From contig DAOOON010000006.1 of NCBI GenBank assembly GCA_035387745.1, positions 1-5,446 on the forward strand: a DNA stretch of 5,446 nt, given 5' to 3'. The position numbers and the translations under genes were made by a program. Origin of the DNA: an archaeon (lineage in GTDB: Archaea > Iainarchaeota > Iainarchaeia > Iainarchaeales > CSSED10-239). The notes below the pieces were generated by a model. It was not told the origin of the DNA, made no database searches, and saw nothing but the letters and a program-made list of their open reading frames with translations. Below, in pieces: positions 1 through 5,014 of this stretch. The first letter of the stretch is position 1. Each line of letters starts with the position of its first letter.

Positions 1-9
1 TAATATGTA

Positions 10-31
10 TTATTTATTAATTAATAAATAA
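10..31. promoter_or_regulatory. Perfect 22-bp A/T palindrome (ttatttattaa|ttaataaataa) ending one base before the ATG at 32; candidate operator and/or TATA-region element for the two-gene unit
   Basis: All 11 position pairs checked by hand (10-31, 11-30 ... 20-21) are complementary. Pure A/T sequence, so a chance palindrome is not negligible. The upstream context is cut off by the window edge. Confidence 0.3.
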
Positions 32-337
32 ATGATATATATGAATAAGAAAAAACCAACAAAAATAACAAAAGAAAAGTTTTCCCCAACTCTTAATACC
101 ATCTTGATGGTTGAAAAGACATTGCAAGAAATGCCAGATAGTGTTGTCAAGGTTTCAGAATTGAAAAGATTGTTACCAAAGCAAATTAATCACAACACCC
201 TAAAGAATATCTTAGAGTATCTTCAAGAAAGTAACAAGATATTTATTGGGGTTAAAGGAATTGTGTGGATACACAACGATAGCCCAGTATTAAGGAAAGC
301 AATTGCAGATGCAGAAAGAAACGGTAGAACACTATGA
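32..337 (+). CDS. Small (101 aa) winged-helix-like DNA-binding protein; candidate antitoxin or autoregulator of the downstream RelE-like gene
   Basis: Open frame with TGA stop. The segment VSELKRLLPKQINHNTLKNILEYLQESNKIFIGVKGIVWI reads as helix-turn-helix plus a beta wing. Its stop overlaps the next start (ATGA at 334-337). An alternative start at the ATG at 41 is possible. No Shine-Dalgarno motif is seen, so the mRNA may be leaderless. Confidence 0.5.
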   Translation: MIYMNKKKPTKITKEKFSPTLNTILMVEKTLQEMPDSVVKVSELKRLLPKQINHNTLKNILEYLQESNKIFIGVKGIVWIHNDSPVLRKAIADAERNGRTL

Positions 338-687
338 CAAAAAAAGTAACTGTGCTTTATTCTAAGCCAGTTGAAGAAACCTTAACTTTTCTAGAACAAA
401 CAAAAGAAAATAATAAAATTAGTAAATCAATATACAACTCATTTCTTAGAAAAATAGAATTAATTAAAAGCAATCCAGGCTATGGAGATAATATCCCAAA
501 GCCACAGATACCAAAAGAATACATTGAGAAATATAAAATAAACAATCTATTTAGATTAGAGCTTGCGAATTATTGGAGGTGTCTTTACTCTTTGACTGAT
601 AAAAAAGAAAATACAGTAGAAATCATCGCATTTGTAATTGACTTATTAGATCACAACAAATACAATAAGAAATTTAAATATAAATAA
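334..687 (+). CDS. RelE/ParE-superfamily toxin-like protein (117 aa)
   Basis: The C-terminal pattern LFRLELANYWRCLYSLTDKKENTVEIIAFVIDLLDHNKYNKKF resembles the remembered archaeal/bacterial RelE motif (..YRxRxGdYRxiYxi...xvxixxixHRkxxY). The N-terminal beta strand plus two helices (VTVLYS..., SIYNSFLRKIELIKSNP) fit the RelE fold order. The gene is translationally coupled to the upstream gene by a 4-bp ATGA overlap. Confidence 0.55.
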   Translation: MTKKVTVLYSKPVEETLTFLEQTKENNKISKSIYNSFLRKIELIKSNPGYGDNIPKPQIPKEYIEKYKINNLFRLELANYWRCLYSLTDKKENTVEIIAFVIDLLDHNKYNKKFKYK

Positions 688-720
688 CACTAATTCTTGG
701 ACAACCGCGTAGCCAAACCT

Positions 721-749
721 CCGAAGGATATATATATATATCGGTTTTT
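721..749 (+). terminator. Stem CCGA/TCGG enclosing an (AT)7 microsatellite, followed by T5; possible terminator of the 32-687 unit
   Basis: ccga(721-724) agg (at)7(728-741) with tcgg(741-744), then ttttt(745-749), about 35 bp after the stop codon. Archaeal termination at oligo-T runs is established. The role of the hairpin is uncertain. Confidence 0.3.
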
Positions 750-794
750 CATTTATTTATAAAATTAATAATTAAAAATGGAGATGATTAAGAA

Positions 795-1505
795 ATGCCC
801 GGAGCACCAAAGCCAAAAGTAAAATATGAAAAACCAACAATTAAAAAAAGAATCGCAACAGCCGCAGCTGTGGGTTTACTAGGGGGATCAATAGCTTTAG
901 GATTGCATGCAATAGAACCATTAAGAGCTAGTTCACAAAGATCTGATGTTAAGACTGCGATTGCGCAAATAGATAAAAAAAAGGCAGATGTCGGATCAAG
1001 ACCGGTAGAATATTATTCCAAGAATCCAAATTTGATAAGAGAAACAGTTAATTCTTATAATCAAAAAGCAAAGCTCGGACAAATTTTCTTCTATGATGGG
1101 AAAAAAATTAAATCAGTTTATTTTGATCAAACAAGATTAAATCAAATCACAAGCATTATTCCAAAGAGCGAGAAAGCAAAGATTGATAGTTTAATTTCTA
1201 GAAAAATAGAAAAAGTAGAAGCAACTGCAAAACAAAATGTTGTTTTAGGAAAAAAAATAATTGATAGAGTTGGAGAATTAGATTATACAAAATATTTATT
1301 ATCATTAACTCCAAGAGAACTAAAAAATGCATTTCCTGAAGCCGAAATTGCAGTAAGAAAAGCACTTGAAAGAAGTAATCCAGAAATTTTTAAAAAAATA
1401 AACGCAGAAAAAAAAGGAGGGGTTTTGTTTAGTATGATTGTAAATACAATTTGGGGATCATTATGGGGTGGTGCTTTTTTAGCAAAAGGAAAAAAGATAA
1501 AATAA
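795..1505 (+). CDS. Hypothetical membrane-anchored protein (236 aa) with N- and C-terminal hydrophobic helices and a roughly 165-aa K/E-rich central domain
   Basis: Long ORF. GGAGA at 780-784 lies 10 nt upstream of the ATG. Hydrophobic segments are IATAAAVGLLGGSIALGLHAI (N-terminal) and GVLFSMIVNTIWGSLWGGAFLA (C-terminal). I recognise no family motif. Confidence 0.6.
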   Translation: MPGAPKPKVKYEKPTIKKRIATAAAVGLLGGSIALGLHAIEPLRASSQRSDVKTAIAQIDKKKADVGSRPVEYYSKNPNLIRETVNSYNQKAKLGQIFFYDGKKIKSVYFDQTRLNQITSIIPKSEKAKIDSLISRKIEKVEATAKQNVVLGKKIIDRVGELDYTKYLLSLTPRELKNAFPEAEIAVRKALERSNPEIFKKINAEKKGGVLFSMIVNTIWGSLWGGAFLAKGKKIK

Positions 1506-1510
1506 ATAAC

Positions 1511-1654
1511 TTATTTATTATTTATTTTTCTAACCTTTAATTCATTTAATGCTTTTATGGCACTGTCGTAAAGGCATTTATTTCTTAAACTCTTTTCTTT
1601 TTTTGCTTCTCTGTCAAGAGAATTTATTATGTCTTCAAGTTCAAGATATGCCAT
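1511..1654 (-). CDS. Possible unannotated small ORF (47 aa: MAYLELEDIINSLDREAKKEKSLRNKCLYDSAIKALNELKVRKINNK)
   Basis: Hand-translated ATG(1654)-TAA(1511) frame, below the ORF-track size cutoff. It fills most of an otherwise 225-bp gap and by eye is less AT-rich than true spacers here. Caveat: it contains a 10-bp hairpin (1548-1557/1569-1578) that could instead be the terminator of the 795-1505 gene. No clear RBS. Confidence 0.35.
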   Translation of the reverse strand: MAYLELEDIINSLDREAKKEKSLRNKCLYDSAIKALNELKVRKINNK

Positions 1655-1730
1655 TTTTTTTCACAATTAGAATATATATTATTAATATATATTTATGATA
1701 GAAAGAGTATTTAAACCTGTCTAGAGGGCT

Positions 1731-2123
1731 CTAAAAATCGCTAATAAAGTCATCAAATCCCTTTCCTTTAGCCTGTATCTCTTCTTTTTTGATGGCATAG
1801 GCCTTTTTGGTCTTGTTTAGCTGGTCTACCCTTATAAAAAACCAAGCATCTTTACCAAGTCTCCAGGCAACATAGGCTTTTAGGCCACTAAGCTTCTCCC
1901 AAAGCTTTAGTTCCTCGACCTGCTCGTCTCTAATGTTAAGATACTCGCCTTTCTTGGTCTTACACTCTATGGCAAGAGCCTTTCCGTTCTTAAAGCCAAG
2001 AACATCAGGAGTTGGAAGCTGAGAGGAGCCAGAACCAGCAACCCTAGACACCGCAAAGCCCTTATTAAATAGCATAAATAATAATTCTCTTTCAGCATTT
2101 GAGCCTTTTTGCTTGTTTTTCAT
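1731..2123 (-). CDS. hjc: Archaeal Holliday junction resolvase Hjc
   Basis: KGSNAERELLFMLFNKGFAVSRVAGSGSSQLPTPDVLGFKNGKALAIECKTKK...IRDEQVEEL matches the remembered Hjc signature: KG-x-x-ERE, a GSGS loop, and the PD...(E/D)xK nuclease core (PDV ... IECK). The 130-aa length is typical. Confidence 0.85.
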   Translation of the reverse strand: MKNKQKGSNAERELLFMLFNKGFAVSRVAGSGSSQLPTPDVLGFKNGKALAIECKTKKGEYLNIRDEQVEELKLWEKLSGLKAYVAWRLGKDAWFFIRVDQLNKTKKAYAIKKEEIQAKGKGFDDFISDF

Positions 2124-2286
2124 TATTTTGTCACATCTATAGATATAATAAAAGTAGCCTTTATATACTTTTTTGTCTATTAATATATTATAAGTTTAAG
2201 CAATAAATTTATAATTATATTCAAAAATTAAAAGATTAGTAATTTAGAAATTAAGAAGATTAACTTTTATAAGGTATTTGAAATAG

Positions 2287-2508
2287 ATGTTTGAAAAAAA
2301 CCAGGTATTTTCATTGCAAGTTATTTGCAATAGCGACAGGCAAGAAATCCAAAAGATTGATGATAATACTTATAAACTAAAAATAAAAAGCATTGCACAG
2401 AAAGGCAAAGCAAACAAAGAAATCTTTGAGTTTTTCAAAGATAAAGGGTTAAAGATTGAGATAATAAAAGGCGAAAAATCAAACAAAAAAATGCTTAAAA
2501 TCCTTTAA
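2287..2508 (+). CDS. DUF167 / YggU (UPF0235)-like small protein (73 aa)
   Basis: The pattern FSLQVICNSDRQEI...KLKIKSIAQKGKANKEIFEFF......IEIIKGEKSNKKMLKI follows the remembered YggU layout (beta strands, then the x-x-G-K/Q-A-N motif, then G-x-x-S-x-x-K-x-x-x-I). It is shorter than bacterial YggU. Confidence 0.6.
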   Translation: MFEKNQVFSLQVICNSDRQEIQKIDDNTYKLKIKSIAQKGKANKEIFEFFKDKGLKIEIIKGEKSNKKMLKIL

Positions 2509-2578
2509 AAGTGTCTTCTTTTTCTAATGTCTAATCTATTTTTGAATGTCAAAACAATAAAAGGAGTGACATTTAACA

Positions 2579-4369
2579 ATGGGAAAAACATATATTGAAA
2601 CAATCAAGTACATGATTGTTGCTGATTTTGAAGTAAACGGTCTTGTTGAAAGGCCAGATGTGATTGGTGCTATTTTTGGACAATCAGAAGGGCTTTTAGG
2701 AGCGAATCTAGACATTAAAGAACTACAACAGAATGGTAAGATTGGCAGAATTGAAATAGAATATACACAGAACCAAAATAAAGTAAGAGGAGTACTTAAA
2801 CTTCCATGTAGTGTTTCTATGGTTGAAACTGCAATCATTGCTGCATCCATTGAGACTATAGAGAAAGTTGGTCCCTGTGATGCTGTTTTTAAGGTTAAAC
2901 AAATAGAAGACACAAGAGGACTAAAGAGACAACAAATAAAAGAAAGGGCAATTGAGCTATTAGGAAGACTAATGCAAGATGAGATTCCAGACACTAAAGA
3001 GTTAATGGACGAGATAATGGATACTTTTAAAACAAAAGACATAATCTCTTATGGTTCAGAAAAACTAGCAGCTGGTCCAACAATTGATTCAAGTAAAGAA
3101 TTAATAGTTGTTGAAGGCAGAGCAGATGTTTTAAATCTTTTAAGATATGGTTTTACTAATGTTGTTGCAACTGGCGGAGCAAGAATACCAAGATCTTTAG
3201 AAGAAATTTCTAGACAAAAGTCAGTAACTATTTTCTTAGATGGAGACCACGGCGCAGATATTCAACAACAGCAATTATTAAAATCAATAAAAGTAGATTA
3301 TATTGCAAGAGCGCCAGATGGTAAAGAAGTTGAAGAGCTAACACAAAAAGAAATTAACCAAGCATTAAGAAGAAGAATAAAATCAAATTATGTTTCTTCA
3401 AGTAACAATCAATTCCAATCACAACAACAATTCAATCCAAATCTTACAAAGCAAGCGGGTATTGTTAAAGCAACAAAGTTTTCAACAACAAATGATCATA
3501 AGATTGCAAATCCAAAGTTCTTTGAAAATAAACCAAATAAGTATTTACAGACTCAACAACCAACTAATAGACCAATGCATGATCAAAATCACGCAGGGGA
3601 TTCATTTGCTCAGCTCTTGTCAGAGATACCAGATATTGAAAGAGTAGATGTTTCAAGAGAATCAAGAGACAGAGACAATCGCGGGAATGGAAGAGACAGA
3701 GATAATAGAAGAGGAAATGACAGAGGAGATAGAAACAACTTCAATAGAAGACCATTTCAAGAAAGAAACAATAACTTTGAGAGAAGAGAAAAATCAGTTT
3801 ATGATATGGTAAAAGAAGAGACAGAACAATTACAATCAAAGATTAATTCTAATTTTATAGAAACAAAACCATCAATAAAAGAAGAATTGATTCAACAGGT
3901 TTCTGAAGGTCTACAAGTCAAGTTAGATGTGCCTCATACAAAAGGTATGGAAGCGCCAATTAAGCCAATTGATAACCTAGAAACCGAAATAACAAAAAAA
4001 GAAGAAATACCAAAGAAAGAAAAACCTAAAGAAGAGCTAAAGAAAAAAGCAATTGTTCTCCCAAAGATTACAGATGAGATAAAAGAAAATCTGGGTAAAA
4101 TAATTGACGACATTAAGGACAAGAAAGAAGCTAGACTTCTAAATGAAAAGTTTAGAAGAATAAGTAGCTGTAGTGCAGCAGATCTTGAGCACAAGTTAAG
4201 AGAATTTTCTTCAGATAAGCTGTTTGCTATAGCAGTAGATCAAGAACTTAATGATACTATCAAAGACCTAGCAAAAGAAAGAGGCGCAAGCATTCTTGTG
4301 GTTAGAAATTCTAATGGTATAAAAGATAGCCAAATACATGTTCTAACTTATCAAGAACTAAATAAATAA
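2579..4369 (+). CDS. dnaG: Archaeal DnaG-type primase (TOPRIM; exosome-associated in some archaea) with a long low-complexity insertion
   Basis: The N-terminus KYMIVADFEVNGLVERPDVIGAIFGQSEGLLG is the hallmark archaeal DnaG N-terminal motif. The TOPRIM core is LIVVEGRADVLNL ... IFLDGDHGAD (aa about 173-258, nt 3095-3352). AGGAGTGA at 2562-2569 lies 9 nt upstream of the ATG. At 596 aa it is longer than the roughly 400-470 aa I recall for the family. Confidence 0.9.
   Translation: MGKTYIETIKYMIVADFEVNGLVERPDVIGAIFGQSEGLLGANLDIKELQQNGKIGRIEIEYTQNQNKVRGVLKLPCSVSMVETAIIAASIETIEKVGPCDAVFKVKQIEDTRGLKRQQIKERAIELLGRLMQDEIPDTKELMDEIMDTFKTKDIISYGSEKLAAGPTIDSSKELIVVEGRADVLNLLRYGFTNVVATGGARIPRSLEEISRQKSVTIFLDGDHGADIQQQQLLKSIKVDYIARAPDGKEVEELTQKEINQALRRRIKSNYVSSSNNQFQSQQQFNPNLTKQAGIVKATKFSTTNDHKIANPKFFENKPNKYLQTQQPTNRPMHDQNHAGDSFAQLLSEIPDIERVDVSRESRDRDNRGNGRDRDNRRGNDRGDRNNFNRRPFQERNNNFERREKSVYDMVKEETEQLQSKINSNFIETKPSIKEELIQQVSEGLQVKLDVPHTKGMEAPIKPIDNLETEITKKEEIPKKEKPKEELKKKAIVLPKITDEIKENLGKIIDDIKDKKEARLLNEKFRRISSCSAADLEHKLREFSSDKLFAIAVDQELNDTIKDLAKERGASILVVRNSNGIKDSQIHVLTYQELNK
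3664..3717 (+). repeat. Two tandem copies of a 27-nt (9-codon) unit inside dnaG encoding RDRDNRGNG / RDRDNRRGN
   Basis: aagagacagagacaat (3664-3679) and aagagacagagataat (3691-3706) are identical at 15 of 16 positions and exactly 27 nt apart. Degenerate further units follow (DRGDRNNFN, RRPFQERNN). Confidence 0.65.
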
Positions 4370-4373
4370 ATCC

Positions 4374-4403
4374 AAAAAGAAAAGAAATTTATCTTTTCTT
4401 TTT
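4374..4403. terminator. Perfect 12-bp inverted repeat between convergent dnaG and the 4389-4760 gene; candidate bidirectional terminator
   Basis: aaaaagaaaaga (4374-4385), loop aattta, tcttttcttttt (4392-4403). The T run extends to 4404. It begins 5 nt after the dnaG stop, and the loop and right arm overlap the 3' end of the minus-strand gene. The stem is A/U-rich and weak. Confidence 0.3.
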
Positions 4404-4760
4404 TGCAACTACTTTTTTAGTTTCTATGTATGTTCTTGATGAACTAGTATAGAATGTCATTCCAATTATAAAGATTGTAACTGAGAACAATATTTTCAAT
4501 AGTGATGCAATATAAACCATCAAGTATTGATTTGTGGACAATCTTAATTGATTTTCTCTAATTTTAAATCCTAGGCCAGTAGATGCATTTAATTTACATG
4601 CTGTTAATGTTGTATCATTGTAAGAATAATTCACACAGGCATCATATTCTACTATGTAATCTACTCTGTTGAATAAATCCACAATTGAAAAAACAAGTAA
4701 CAATATAGCAATAGTTGTAATGAATGCACCAACTGTTTTTGTTAAATTAACTTTATTCAT
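4389..4760 (-). CDS. Hypothetical small two-TM membrane protein (123 aa) with a Cys pair and N-x-S/T sequons in the intervening loop
   Basis: GGGGG (4766-4770 on the minus strand) lies 5 nt upstream of the ATG. Hydrophobic helices are VGAFITTIAILLLVFSIVDLF and YLMVYIASLLKILFSVTIFIIGMTFY. The loop contains DACVNYSYNDTTLTACKLNAS. No family recognised. Confidence 0.6.
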   Translation of the reverse strand: MNKVNLTKTVGAFITTIAILLLVFSIVDLFNRVDYIVEYDACVNYSYNDTTLTACKLNASTGLGFKIRENQLRLSTNQYLMVYIASLLKILFSVTIFIIGMTFYTSSSRTYIETKKVVAKKKR

Positions 4761-4828
4761 ATTTTCCCCCTTTTTTAAGTAAATATAATATTATATTTAT
4801 AGCCTTATGTATTTAAATATTTTTTCCT

Positions 4829-4848
4829 TTTTATAATATATATAAAAA
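4829..4848 (+). promoter_or_regulatory. TATA-like A/T box upstream of tRNA-Val
   Basis: tttataatatatataaaa lies about 16-35 nt upstream of the tRNA 5' end, compatible with an archaeal TATA box about 26 nt upstream of a TSS with a short leader. The whole spacer is A/T, so specificity is low. Confidence 0.25.
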
Positions 4849-4863
4849 TCTAGTTTTTTATAT

Positions 4864-4936
4864 GGATCTGTGGTCTAGTGGTTATGATATCACCCTTACA
4901 AGGTGAGGATCGGCGGTCCGAGTCCGCCCAGATCCA
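4864..4936 (+). tRNA. tRNA-Val, anticodon TAC (UAC); no encoded CCA
   Basis: Hand-folded cloverleaf: acceptor GGATCTG/CAGATCC plus A73; D arm GTCT..TGAT (U13-U22 mismatch) with GG in the loop; anticodon stem TCACC/GGTGA with loop CTTACAA; variable GGATC; T stem GGCGG/CCGCC with loop TCCGAGT. Confidence 0.85.
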
Positions 4937-4969
4937 CTTTCAGTTTTGTATTAGGCTTTTCGTCAATTG

Positions 4970-5008
4970 TGCACCATTGCGGATAACTCGCGAAATCCGT
5001 TGGGTGTG
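4970..5008 (+). other. Nested GC-rich stem-loop in the inter-tRNA spacer (candidate structured RNA element)
   Basis: The outer stem tgcacc (4970-4975) pairs with ggtgtg (5003-5008) and includes two G-U pairs. The inner stem gcggat (4979-4984) pairs with atccgt (4995-5000), with loop aactcgcgaa. Region 4961-5010 is 25/50 G+C by hand count, versus about 16% in the 2124-2286 spacer. Confidence 0.3.
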
Positions 5009-5014
5009 AACTTC

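Noticed and set aside
778-822. 14-codon mini-ORF (ATGGAGATGATT...) overlapping the start of the 795 gene in another frame
   Set aside because: It is too short, and its GGAGA is better explained as the Shine-Dalgarno site of the 795 ATG. Nothing supports an upstream regulatory peptide.
2536-3042. 168-aa minus-strand ORF from the ORF track
   Set aside because: It is entirely antisense to the most conserved N-terminal part of dnaG. The Ser/Ile/Cys/Leu-rich translation is the typical mirror of a K/E/D-rich gene. It has no start context or motif.
3390-3647. 85-aa plus-strand ORF in an alternative frame
   Set aside because: It lies inside the low-complexity part of dnaG in another frame. A Q/N/I-rich shadow ORF is expected from A-rich repetitive codons. 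There is no independent evidence for it.
3656-3778. Repetitive agagac/agagat DNA that could be mistaken for a CRISPR-like or satellite array
   Set aside because: The repeats are in frame within dnaG with a 27-nt (9-codon) period and encode RD/RG repeats. There is no repeat-spacer architecture and there are no cas genes.
3934-4194. 86-aa minus-strand ORF
   Set aside because: It is antisense to the K/E-rich tract and C-terminal region of dnaG. The S/F/L-rich translation is an antisense artefact.
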